Positions 35,606 through 44,477 are shown, numbered from the stretch's first letter. The stretch: DNA of 64,000 nt from Chloroflexia bacterium (GCA_038203825.1 JBBRDO010000003.1:7591-71590); one strand, 5' to 3'. Notes: generated by a model from the sequence alone, not told the origin. A program made the numbers and translations.

Positions 35606-38038
35606 CTAGTGGGGAAGGAAGAAGAAATAGTAAATCAGACCAAGCACTAATAGAAGAACAAAAGCGCGGATCGGCCCCCATGGTACAGTTCTCCATCCGG
35701 ACTGTGCTCGCTTGGCCAGCGGGCCGGAATTTTTGCCAAGCTGGTACGGCACGTCTGCGACCACCGTGTTCGGCCTGAACAACAGGGCGGCCTTCAGGCG
35801 CAGTGCGCTCTGGTTGTGCAAGAGGTACTCCCAGGGCTTGGCAGGTAGGAACTCAGGTAGCACTATTGTGATGGTATCGTCTGCGACTTGTCTGTCAAGC
35901 GCGTCAATATAATACAGGAGCGGCGCAATGAGCGACCTGTAAGGCGACTCGATTATCACCAGATTAATGTCCGTGGGCTCCATGGTTTCGCGCCACTTCT
36001 TATTGAATTCCACGGTCTCTTCTTCGTCTTCACCTTCCGCTATATGCACTGCCGTCACGTTACCCGACAGGGAGCGTGCATAATCGAGAGCCTCTAGGGA
36101 AACCGCGTTGAGGTTCGACACGGGCACTATGAATGTGTGTTTAAACTCGCGGCGGCGAGGTATAACCGTCGCCGACACCTCATCTGCGAGGCGGCGATAG
36201 TGCCGGTTGATGGCCAGGAACATCACGATTAGAACGGGCACGAGAATGAGCACAAGCCACGTGCCCTTGTCCAACTTGGTCACTGTAGCCGTGAGAAATA
36301 CCAGCGCGGTAACGGTGGCACCCACTGCGTTGAGCAAGAGATTTCGCTGCCAACCGGGGGGCCGCTTGCGCCACCAGCGGACTACCATACCGCCCTGGGA
36401 AAATGTAAACGCCGACATGACCCCGATCGCATAGAGCGGTATCAGAGCCGACGTTTCGCCATTGAAAGCTACGAGCAAAATGCACGCAAGGGCCGCCAGG
36501 GTGACGATGCCCCACGAGTAGGCCAACCTGTCGCCCCGGAACGAATATTGATGTGGCATGAACTTGTCGCGGGCCAGAAAGTAAGAGAGGCGCGGAAAAT
36601 CAGCGAACGCGGTATTTGCGGCCAGGACCAGGATCAGGGAGGTGACTATCTGTATGAAGTACCATAGCGCGTTTGAGCCGAAGATGGTGCGCGCAATTTG
36701 CGATACAACAGTTTCATCTTCGCTTGGGAGGATTTTCAGGTACGTGGCGAGATATGTTATGCCCGCGAACATCGTTATGGCAACGATACCCATATACAAC
36801 AGAGTGCTACGGGCATTCTTCGCTTCCGGCGGCTTGAACGCAGGCACACCATCAGCAATCGCCTCAACGCCGGTCAGCGCGGCCGACCCTTGCGTGAACG
36901 CTCGCAACAAGAGGAGGATACTCAACCCTTCGGCTCCAGGCACCACCGTGTCAAGAAGTGTGCTTGCGGGAGGTGTATAAACCATTTCGCCGCCGACTCC
37001 AAGGAACATCCGCAGCAGTCCATATACGATCATAGCGATTATCCCAACTATGAACAAATAAGTGGGAACCGCAAAGATGTTGCCGGCTTCACGAAGTCCT
37101 CGTAGGTTCGCAATTGTTATGAATACAACCATACCGATGCATATTTCAACCCGGTACTCACGTAAGCTCGGATACAGAGAATAAAGAGCAGCCACGCCGG
37201 CCGCGACGCTCACCGCAACCGTCAAAATATATCCGATCAGAATCGAAGAGGCGGCGGTGAGACCTGCAAGCGTGCCAAGATTGTCCTTAGCAACAATGTA
37301 AGTGCCACCTCCCCGAGGATAGGCCGCGATCGTCTGCCTATACGAGGCGATGACGATGACCATCAGGACTATAATGGCCAGCCCCAAAGGAAGGGCCCAG
37401 GTCAGTGCAGCCGCGCCGGCAAGAACCAGGATTCGCAAAACCTCTTCTGTAGCATATGCGACTGAAGATAGCGCATCAGACGACAGCACCGCCAGTGCTT
37501 TGACGTTAGTCAGCCTCTCATGAATGGAGTGCTCAGTACTGATGGGACTGCCAATGAGCGCACGCTTGATCTTGCCAAAGAACCGGCCATACCTGCCCCG
37601 TGGCATCATAGTTTCAAGAGAAGCCTCTAGGCGTCCTCGACCCTTTCGCCTGAAAGTCTCGACATTGCGATCATAGCGCACGTAGCGATCGCCGGGATGG
37701 CTCCCCCTTACAACTTCTTGTCTGCGAAGATCCGGGTTAGTTATTCTTATGGTTTCCGGCTCTCTCCGAGCAGGGATTTCATCCTGCGTGAATGCGCTGC
37801 TCGTACCTTGAGTACCGGACACGCCTCCCAGGACGACTTCTCGCTGGTCGCTCTGAAGTGCCGCAGCGTCGCCGGACTCGGGGACGATCCTGATTCTGTG
37901 GTGCGTTCGCTTGCCATCGACTGCGGGATCGGGCACCCGAGGGTCAATACTCGCGTTCGTCGCTGTTTTTCTCAGTTGATCTTCTTCAGCAGGGTCCGGG
38001 GGCCGGGTGTGACTACTATGTTCGTTTTCGTTGGACAT
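35606..38038 (-). CDS. kimA: KimA-type K+/H+ symporter with N-terminal extension, copy B (tandem paralogue)
   Basis: Same motif set as copy A, separated from it by 12 nt and collinear over the full length. Confidence 0.8.
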   Translation of the reverse strand: MSNENEHSSHTRPPDPAEEDQLRKTATNASIDPRVPDPAVDGKRTHHRIRIVPESGDAAALQSDQREVVLGGVSGTQGTSSAFTQDEIPARREPETIRITNPDLRRQEVVRGSHPGDRYVRYDRNVETFRRKGRGRLEASLETMMPRGRYGRFFGKIKRALIGSPISTEHSIHERLTNVKALAVLSSDALSSVAYATEEVLRILVLAGAAALTWALPLGLAIIVLMVIVIASYRQTIAAYPRGGGTYIVAKDNLGTLAGLTAASSILIGYILTVAVSVAAGVAALYSLYPSLREYRVEICIGMVVFITIANLRGLREAGNIFAVPTYLFIVGIIAMIVYGLLRMFLGVGGEMVYTPPASTLLDTVVPGAEGLSILLLLRAFTQGSAALTGVEAIADGVPAFKPPEAKNARSTLLYMGIVAITMFAGITYLATYLKILPSEDETVVSQIARTIFGSNALWYFIQIVTSLILVLAANTAFADFPRLSYFLARDKFMPHQYSFRGDRLAYSWGIVTLAALACILLVAFNGETSALIPLYAIGVMSAFTFSQGGMVVRWWRKRPPGWQRNLLLNAVGATVTALVFLTATVTKLDKGTWLVLILVPVLIVMFLAINRHYRRLADEVSATVIPRRREFKHTFIVPVSNLNAVSLEALDYARSLSGNVTAVHIAEGEDEEETVEFNKKWRETMEPTDINLVIIESPYRSLIAPLLYYIDALDRQVADDTITIVLPEFLPAKPWEYLLHNQSALRLKAALLFRPNTVVADVPYQLGKNSGPLAKRAQSGWRTVPWGPIRAFVLLLVLGLIYYFFFLPH

Positions 38039-38052
38039 ACACTACCTTCGGA

Positions 38053-38970
38053 CTAACGTTTTAGAAGATTGCCGGCAATGAACACTACGTTCGCCGGGCG
38101 CTCAGCCAGTCTGCGCATGAAATAGGGGTACCATTCATTGCCGTACGGCACGTACACCCTCATGTTGTATCCCTCCTGCGCAAGCTCTGCCTGAAGTTCG
38201 CGCCGGACCCCGTACAGCATCTGGAACTCGAAGCTACTAGTTTTCAGGTTGTGTTTTGCCGCGTAGCGCTTCACGAATGCTATGATTCTCGTATCGTGGG
38301 TCGCAATGCCGGGATAATTGCCTTCCCTTAAGAGTAGCGTTGTCAACTTTGCGTAATTGCGGTCAACATCTGCCTTCTTGGGAAATGCCACGTCGGCGGG
38401 TTCATTGTATGCGCCCTTGCACAATCGAACACGGGCCCCCAAGCTGTTCATTTCCCTTACATCCTCCTCTGTGCGGTACAGGTAGGCCTGCAAGACAACA
38501 CCAACGTTTCTATAGCCGGAATCGTGCCACAGCTTTCTGAAGAGGTCGAGTGTTCGGTCAGTGTATGCTGTGCTCTCCATGTCAAGTCTCACGAAAGTGT
38601 TTAGTTGCTTTGCGCGTTCGCAGATGCGGACCACGTTCGCTAGGCATACTTCTTCGTCGACATCAAGACCCATCTGTGTCAACTTGAGCGACACGTTAGA
38701 GTTAATGCCGGTGGATGCGATCGTGTCCAGTATCTGAATGTAGGCGTCCGCTGCGGCCTTTGCATCATCGGCAGTCGATGTGTTCTCACCTAGATGATCA
38801 AAAGTTGCCGAGATCCTCTTATTGTTGAGAGCACGAATGGCACTCACGGCCTGCTCAAGTGTTTCGCCGGCGACAAAGCGAAGCGCTAACCTGCGTGCGA
38901 GACCATTGTGCAGCGCGACGTCTTGAAGTTCGCGACTGTTGGACAACGTGAGAAAGGTCTGTCTGAGCAC
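38053..38970 (-). CDS. Proline dehydrogenase (monofunctional PRODH)
   Basis: LKLTQMGLD, RLDMES, LQAYL, RLCKGAY, THD motifs. GTG 38970 has GGAGGA 8 nt upstream and gives a typical 305-aa size. The TTG 39093 extension would run through a terminator-like hairpin. Confidence 0.8.
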   Translation of the reverse strand: MLRQTFLTLSNSRELQDVALHNGLARRLALRFVAGETLEQAVSAIRALNNKRISATFDHLGENTSTADDAKAAADAYIQILDTIASTGINSNVSLKLTQMGLDVDEEVCLANVVRICERAKQLNTFVRLDMESTAYTDRTLDLFRKLWHDSGYRNVGVVLQAYLYRTEEDVREMNSLGARVRLCKGAYNEPADVAFPKKADVDRNYAKLTTLLLREGNYPGIATHDTRIIAFVKRYAAKHNLKTSSFEFQMLYGVRRELQAELAQEGYNMRVYVPYGNEWYPYFMRRLAERPANVVFIAGNLLKR

Positions 38971-39040
38971 CTTGTGTTCCTCCAGGTTCCGATATATTGG
39001 TGTGAGTTGGCTTGCGTATGGCCAATTTGATAGAAAAGCG

Positions 39041-39071
39041 AAGGACGAAAGACACGCGGTCCTTCGTCCTT
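39041..39071 (-). terminator. Terminator-like hairpin downstream of the 231-aa gene
   Basis: 13-bp stem (AAGGACGAAAGAC / GTCCTTCGTCCTT, one G-U) with a 5-nt loop. On the minus strand it is followed by CGCTTTTCT. Confidence 0.5.
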
Positions 39072-39089
39072 GGTCATTCGGCGAATCGA

Positions 39090-39785
39090 TCAAAATGCGG
39101 GCGAAGTTATGAGCTGCGCGACGTCTATAGCAGGTCTGCCGCTCGTCGGTCCAGGTGTCTTCACAGGATCCTTATCCGTCAGCAGGTTATCAACGTAGGC
39201 CTTGACCGTGCCTGTGGCGGGATCAAAGCCCTCGACATCGCTTGCGACTATGTCGACGTTAGTGCTTGCCTGGTAATCAAGCCCCTGAGGATTGTAGTAA
39301 TAGCCAACTCCACTGCCGACGACCTTGTTGTCCTTATCGTAGAATAGCACCTTTATGCTTGCATTGATGATCTTGGCTGGTTCGGCCCCGGGTGTTGGGG
39401 CATTGACCGGTGGAGTGCCAACAACCTCGGTTGGTGGCGGTGATTGCATCACGTTGTTCGTGAGCTTAACGGTAACAGTTACGGTCGTCAGGGTGTCGGT
39501 AACAACCGTCTTCGTCAATTGCACCACCACCTCGCGAGAAGACTGCTGTGTCATAGCAACTGGGGTACCGACAATTTCAACGGCAACGTCCGCGGCATGT
39601 GGTGACGCGGACTTAAAGGCATCAACGGCTTGAGACTTGGGAGGCCAGATGCCGAAGGCACCGGATGCCAGGAGCATCGTCGCCAACACCACCGCCAGCA
39701 CGCCTGCTCCGATCAATAATGTGCTAAGCTTCGGTCGCATGCGCTGCGTTGGGCGCCGACCTGCATCGCGAGATGCTGTAGACAA
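39090..39785 (-). CDS. Hypothetical membrane-anchored exported protein
   Basis: N-terminal TM (LSTLLIGAGVLAVVLATMLLA) and a beta-rich ectodomain. TTG start with a GGGGGGAG SD 5 nt upstream. No family recognised. Confidence 0.55.
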   Translation of the reverse strand: MSTASRDAGRRPTQRMRPKLSTLLIGAGVLAVVLATMLLASGAFGIWPPKSQAVDAFKSASPHAADVAVEIVGTPVAMTQQSSREVVVQLTKTVVTDTLTTVTVTVKLTNNVMQSPPPTEVVGTPPVNAPTPGAEPAKIINASIKVLFYDKDNKVVGSGVGYYYNPQGLDYQASTNVDIVASDVEGFDPATGTVKAYVDNLLTDKDPVKTPGPTSGRPAIDVAQLITSPAF

Positions 39786-39837
39786 CTATGCTCCCCCCTG
39801 TACGGCGATTGATGTGCAAACTAGCAATAACGCGCTT

Positions 39838-39866
39838 ATTATAGCACCCTATCCGGCACGCGGCAA
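39838..39866 (-). promoter_or_regulatory. Promoter (TTGCCG-17 nt-TGCTATAAT, extended -10) for the 231-aa gene
   Basis: The plus strand shows ATTATAGCA at 39838-39846 and CGGCAA at 39861-39866. Confidence 0.5.
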
Positions 39867-39909
39867 GCACTTGGTGGAACCTCCCTCGAGCGTGAATGTA
39901 AAGGAGGAA

Positions 39910-40776
39910 CTAGGAGGACTTACGCGCTTCGCGCTCACTTGCCAATTCGTGGAGGCGAGTTATAACTCGGGCGGCCCTGGCTTCAGTCAGTTCAGCCAGT
40001 GTCTGCACATTAAGGCTACTACAAAGTTCCGGCACTGACATACCGGTCGCAATCGCAGCCGTGCTAATCTGTCGCCATTGTGCCTGTGAGCAAAGGCCGG
40101 TCTGGGTACCGTCTACCCGACTTAGTTCGAGGCCTACGTTCGCGTCAGAGCGAAGCGGTAGGGGCGCAAACCCGTCTGACTCGAGGCCAGCGCTCTTCTT
40201 GCCACTCGGCTGATTACTGCGCGTGCGGGAGCCAGCAGACCGCTCAACCAGATCCTCCGTTTCGTGGGGGCGATCGCGCCCGTACAAATCGAGGCCGATC
40301 CCCAGCAATGAAGCGCACTTTTTCAGGGCGTCGCTAGCGGCCGCTTTGTAATCATCGGCAATTGACAACGGTTTGCCGCTCCGTGCTCCTGACGTATGCC
40401 GCTTTATGTCGGCACCACCAAACTGGGTCTTAACTATGGTCTGCCCGCCTGGCGTGCGCACGGTAAGCTTGGCTTCAACTATAACTTCGTCCTCCAAAAT
40501 CTGCTTGTCCATTACCTCAAAGTCCCAGTTGAAACCGAAAACCAGGTTGAGCCGCTCTGTCACGTAGCCGTGCTCTACGTACGAGAATTGCATCCCGCCT
40601 CGACCCTGACGCGTTTTGATCTCATGTGAGGGTGTTCGTTGGAGCAAGAAATCGACTTGCGCTTCGCTGAGCGTTTGCAGTAACAACTGGTGCCGCTCAT
40701 CGTGCTGAGCCAGGGCGCCGGGCGTGATTGCCACAATCTCGCCGCTGATTTTCGGTTTATTGTCACTTTGGTGCAT
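39910..40776 (-). CDS. Rad52/Rad22-family (Sak/DdrA-like) single-strand annealing protein with C-terminal helical tail
   Basis: FSYVEHGYVTERLNLVFGFNWDFEV ... DDYKAAASDALKKCASLLGIGLDLYG fits the Rad52 family core (Y(I/V)....v...LN..FG..W..E(V/I) and KAA.(S/T)DA.K(R/K)(C/A)...(F/L)G(I/N)G..LY). Confidence 0.6.
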   Translation of the reverse strand: MHQSDNKPKISGEIVAITPGALAQHDERHQLLLQTLSEAQVDFLLQRTPSHEIKTRQGRGGMQFSYVEHGYVTERLNLVFGFNWDFEVMDKQILEDEVIVEAKLTVRTPGGQTIVKTQFGGADIKRHTSGARSGKPLSIADDYKAAASDALKKCASLLGIGLDLYGRDRPHETEDLVERSAGSRTRSNQPSGKKSAGLESDGFAPLPLRSDANVGLELSRVDGTQTGLCSQAQWRQISTAAIATGMSVPELCSSLNVQTLAELTEARAARVITRLHELASEREARKSS

Positions 40777-40838
40777 TGCGTTCCTCTCTTTCTATAGGGC
40801 AAGCCCATATTAGCACATACGTTCGAGAAACGCAACCC

Positions 40839-41018
40839 CTATTTCTTCTTTTTTATCCTGCGTACTGGTTTGCCGTCGGTCTTGGTCTTGCGCTCTGCCT
40901 CGAATGCGACGAGTGCATCACCGGATCTGTTGGAGTTATATCGAACGCCTTGAAACTTCGCATTAATTGCCTTGCGCCTATGCTTGTCTCGCCGGACAGC
41001 CTTGTCGAGAGGCGGCAT
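40839..41018 (-). CDS. Small highly basic protein (59 aa, KKKK tail)
   Basis: ATG 41018 is preceded by a consensus AAGGAGG 8 nt upstream. It is 62 nt upstream of the Rad52-like gene on the same strand. Sequence: MPPLDKAVRRDKHRRKAINAKF...KPVRRIKKKK. Confidence 0.5.
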   Translation of the reverse strand: MPPLDKAVRRDKHRRKAINAKFQGVRYNSNRSGDALVAFEAERKTKTDGKPVRRIKKKK

Positions 41019-41098
41019 CGGTCTTACCTCCTTGTCTCCGACCTGGTTCCCGGAGTACACTGAATTACATCAATGCTGACATTTCCCTTTGAGCCGAC

Positions 41099-42274
41099 AT
41101 GCCCATCGTAGATATCTTGCCGGTCCGGACTGTGGTGATCAACCTGATTACCGCGGGGGTCGCCCTTGGACTTTTTCTGAACCGGCGACGAAACAGCAAA
41201 ATCCTTCTACGAGAGTGGCCTGCGGGGAAGGTCGCGCCATTCATCGAGATCATTATCCCAGCACGGGACGAAGAGTGCAACATCGGTCCTCTGCTGGAAA
41301 CGCTCAGTACACAACGCTACCCGGACGGACGATGGCGTGTGACGGTTGTCGACGACGGCTCAACAGACAAAACGCCCACCATAGTTGCCGGCATTGCCCG
41401 TGCCCGCTCGAATGTTAGGCTGGCGACTGCACCTGCCCTTTCTCCGGGTTGGACGGGCAAGAACCACGCGATGTATACGGGCAGCCTTCTCGCCGCGCCG
41501 GAGGCGGAGTACCTGCTTTTCGTCGATGCCGATACGCGGCACCACCCGCTGATGTTATCAAGCGCCATTCTAAGGGCGCAAGAAACCGATTCGGCGCTCC
41601 TTAGCCTCGTGATTCGAGTAGTGATGGACAGCTTCTGGGAGCGTCTCGTTGTGCCCGAGGTTGGCGAATTATACACCCTACTGGTGGGGACCATGGACAG
41701 TGTAAATCGCGCTGGTACGGGCTCTGGTGCCGCCGCCAATGGGCAGTTTATGCTGATCCTGCCCGAAGCGTACCGCAAAGTCATGGCGCAGACCGAGATC
41801 AGATCTGACGTGGCGGAAGATCGGGCGATCGCCGCTACCCTGAAGTCGCAAGGTGAGACCGTGCGCCTGGAGTACGGGCAAGATCTCGTACAGGCACGTG
41901 TCTATTCGTCGCTGCGGGACCTGTGGGCCGGTTACTCAAAAACTATGTTCTGGGCAAGTGGGCACAATGCTGCACGGGCTATCGCAGTGTCCCTGGCCCT
42001 GCTTTTCTATGCATTAGCCCCGATCCTGACCCTGTCGGGCGTGCTCTTCAAAGGGAAGGCGCCCGCCCGCCAGAACGCGCTGAAGCATGGCCTGGCCCAG
42101 GTGCTTCCCATGATGTTGTTGAGGGCCATAGTGTACCGCCAATTGGGTGTGCCTGTGGTGTACTCGGTGGCATACCCTCTCGCAGTGCTGGTAGGAGACG
42201 CCATCCTTTTTTACTCAATGTTCCGTGTGGCTTCGGGCCGTGGTGTGGCCTGGAAGGGACGCCTGTATACGTGA
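41099..42274 (+). CDS. Membrane GT2 family glycosyltransferase (CrtQ/HpnI-like)
   Basis: IIIPARDEE.NI, VVDDGSTD, GWTGKNHA, FVDADT motifs, with N- and C-terminal TM segments. Confidence 0.8.
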   Translation: MPIVDILPVRTVVINLITAGVALGLFLNRRRNSKILLREWPAGKVAPFIEIIIPARDEECNIGPLLETLSTQRYPDGRWRVTVVDDGSTDKTPTIVAGIARARSNVRLATAPALSPGWTGKNHAMYTGSLLAAPEAEYLLFVDADTRHHPLMLSSAILRAQETDSALLSLVIRVVMDSFWERLVVPEVGELYTLLVGTMDSVNRAGTGSGAAANGQFMLILPEAYRKVMAQTEIRSDVAEDRAIAATLKSQGETVRLEYGQDLVQARVYSSLRDLWAGYSKTMFWASGHNAARAIAVSLALLFYALAPILTLSGVLFKGKAPARQNALKHGLAQVLPMMLLRAIVYRQLGVPVVYSVAYPLAVLVGDAILFYSMFRVASGRGVAWKGRLYT

Positions 42275-43135
42275 CTAGCGAATGATGTCTTTAACCTGGA
42301 AAAAGGAATTCACAAAGCTATCCATGCCTTCGAGCTTGCGCGAATTCCAGTCAGACACGCTGACAGTTATGAGAGGCCGGCCCGAAACAGACACGAACAG
42401 TGTACGCTTCACCCAAAGGAAGTACATAAGGAGCAGCACAATCCCTAGGACGCCGAGGGCGATACCTATGTAAAGAGGATCCACCTGGTACAGGAGTGGC
42501 AGGCTATCCTGAAACTGGGATCGAGCAACGGAGAAGTATATCCCCGCACCCGCCAGCGCAAGGAGAACCAATCCGAAGAAGAGGCTCCAACCGGTTGCCC
42601 GTTCCGTTAGAGTACCGACTGCATCTACATCGCGCAGGAAGGCAGCGCGTACAACGGTCGGTGCCAGCAGAATTACTCGCTTATTGGTGAGATAGAGCGC
42701 GCCAAGCTGGAACACTACGCTTTCTTCCGGTAGAAGTTCAATAGCGCCCCGTGGCACGATGCGCGCCGACGCCTGTTCGAGAGAGACAGAATCCACCTGA
42801 GCGGCCGCCGCGGAGCTTGTGCTACTGGTGCTCACACCGCTGGAAATATATGGGTTAGGTTGGGCCATGGGCCTGGCGGGTTGCCCTGATAAAGGAGCTG
42901 TTAGGGGGCCTTGGCTGTAGGGAGTAGCGCTGGCCACGGTTGGAGCAGAGGACGCTGCGGTGCTGGCATAATTCGGCGGTAGCTCGTTATAACTCGGGCG
43001 AACATCGTAGCCTGAGTTCGTAGACTCCTGGGGCTGGATACCAAGTCCGCTCAAAACGAGACCGCACCGCGGGCAGGCTTTGGCGTCGGCCTGAACCGCA
43101 CCACGACAGCGTGGACAAACAATTAGTGTAGCCAA
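42275..43135 (-). CDS. Zinc-ribbon + disordered linker + PH-like domain interrupted by two TM helices
   Basis: CPRC-x11-CPRC. LLPEESVVFQLGALYLTNKRVILL PH-like strands. Two hydrophobic helices, then TLFVSVSGRPLITVSV. Confidence 0.6.
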   Translation of the reverse strand: MATLIVCPRCRGAVQADAKACPRCGLVLSGLGIQPQESTNSGYDVRPSYNELPPNYASTAASSAPTVASATPYSQGPLTAPLSGQPARPMAQPNPYISSGVSTSSTSSAAAAQVDSVSLEQASARIVPRGAIELLPEESVVFQLGALYLTNKRVILLAPTVVRAAFLRDVDAVGTLTERATGWSLFFGLVLLALAGAGIYFSVARSQFQDSLPLLYQVDPLYIGIALGVLGIVLLLMYFLWVKRTLFVSVSGRPLITVSVSDWNSRKLEGMDSFVNSFFQVKDIIR

Positions 43136-43307
43136 TTGATCGAATCCCCTTCTCCGTGACTGATTACGGCCAGCGTAGATTGATGCCGGCGGTAACTTGA
43201 GTATCGCCTGTTCTCTGTTCGACTTATCGTCGTGGAAAGTATATCATAGTGAATATGCAGTCGCAATCAGAATCACATGAAACGGACCTTAGTCCGACTT
43301 AGAGCTT

Positions 43308-44477
43308 ATGAGCAGTAAAGCTAGCTCAGAGACCGAGCTGTTCGAACGTTGGCTACGAGTACGGATTCGTGAACGCGGCCCCCTGACCGTGGCGGAGTTC
43401 ATTGAGCATGCGCTCTACCACCCGCGGTTTGGATATTATATGGGCGGCCCGAACATCGGTCCCCGCGGCGACTTCGTTACTAGCCCTGAAGCTTCTCCCG
43501 CGTTCGGCAAACTGATGGCTATGCATGTAGCCGAGGTCGATGCTCTTCTCGATAGTCCACGCAGTCTTGAAGTTGTGGAGTGCGGTCCTGGAAATGGAAC
43601 TCTAGCCCGAGATTTGCTGGTCGAACTAAGCGTCGCCCACCCTGAGCTTTATCGCAGGCTGCGCTATTGGCTTGTTGAAATTAGCCCGGCCCTGGTACAA
43701 ACCCAGCAGGAAGCCCTGCTGCCCGTACACGGTGAGGTCGTGAACTGGTGCTCGAGTCTGGGTCAACTGCCACGTGGATTACAAGGTGCCGTGATCGCGA
43801 ACGAACTCATCGACGCATTGCCCGTCCATGTCCTCGAAAAAACCGAAAGTGATCTTTTGGAGCAATTCGTCTATGTGAACGACGAGGGCAAACTGGGACT
43901 GAAGCTCGGGCCTGTTTCTGATGCCAGCCTACTTGCTTTCGTTGAACAGGAGACTATAGAACTCCGAAACGGCGAACGTATCGAAGTCAATATGCTTGCC
44001 GAGAAGTGGCTAGATGATCTGACCCGTGTGCTCAACAGGGGAGTAGCGCTTCTCATAGATTATGGCGACGAAGCACCCGGCCGCTATTCCCCTGCACGAC
44101 GTGAAGGGACGCTGCTCGCTTACTACGCCGGTGGCGTCACAGATTCCATCCTATCTCATCCCGGAAATCAGGATATCACAGCCCTGGTTGATTTCACCGC
44201 ACTCCAGAATGCTGCTCGGCGAACCGGTTTTGATGTGTTAGGCATCACACGCCAGTCCAGCTTCTTACTTGGCCTTGGACTCGGCACGACACACACTGCC
44301 GAATCTGTCGCCGGAATGAGCTTTGATGCGGTCATTAAGTACAGGCGGGGCCTTCAGACTCTTATCTCTATGGAAGGCCTAGGGCGCTTCCACGTCCTGC
44401 TTTTATCGAAAGGCCTATTACCCGAACAGGCTCGAGGTGGCCTTTCAGGCCTCAAGTATGCCAGTTACTTAATATAG
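43308..44477 (+). CDS. SAM-dependent methyltransferase, MidA/NDUFAF7 (DUF185) family
   Basis: GDFVTSPE.SPAFG, VECGPGNGTLA, ANELIDALPVH motifs. Confidence 0.75.
   Translation: MSSKASSETELFERWLRVRIRERGPLTVAEFIEHALYHPRFGYYMGGPNIGPRGDFVTSPEASPAFGKLMAMHVAEVDALLDSPRSLEVVECGPGNGTLARDLLVELSVAHPELYRRLRYWLVEISPALVQTQQEALLPVHGEVVNWCSSLGQLPRGLQGAVIANELIDALPVHVLEKTESDLLEQFVYVNDEGKLGLKLGPVSDASLLAFVEQETIELRNGERIEVNMLAEKWLDDLTRVLNRGVALLIDYGDEAPGRYSPARREGTLLAYYAGGVTDSILSHPGNQDITALVDFTALQNAARRTGFDVLGITRQSSFLLGLGLGTTHTAESVAGMSFDAVIKYRRGLQTLISMEGLGRFHVLLLSKGLLPEQARGGLSGLKYASYLI

Larger units (their letters stand above)
33179..38038 (-). repeat. Tandem gene duplication (two ~2.4-kb KimA-like paralogues)
   Basis: Long collinear nucleotide similarity, e.g. 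GGCACGTCTGCGACCAC(T/C)GTGTTCGGCCTGAA at 33318-33349 and 35748-35779. Confidence 0.75.

Noticed and set aside
38039-38052. Search for a ydaO-type c-di-AMP riboswitch ahead of the KimA genes.
   Set aside because: The gaps are only 12-14 nt. The 39786-39909 region holds only a promoter and a short leader with no ydaO-like features that I can see.
39786-41098. Prophage or mobile-element interpretation of the Rad52-like locus.
   Set aside because: No integrase, transposase, terminase, tRNA target or flanking direct repeats are visible in the window. A degraded element cannot be excluded without comparative genomics.
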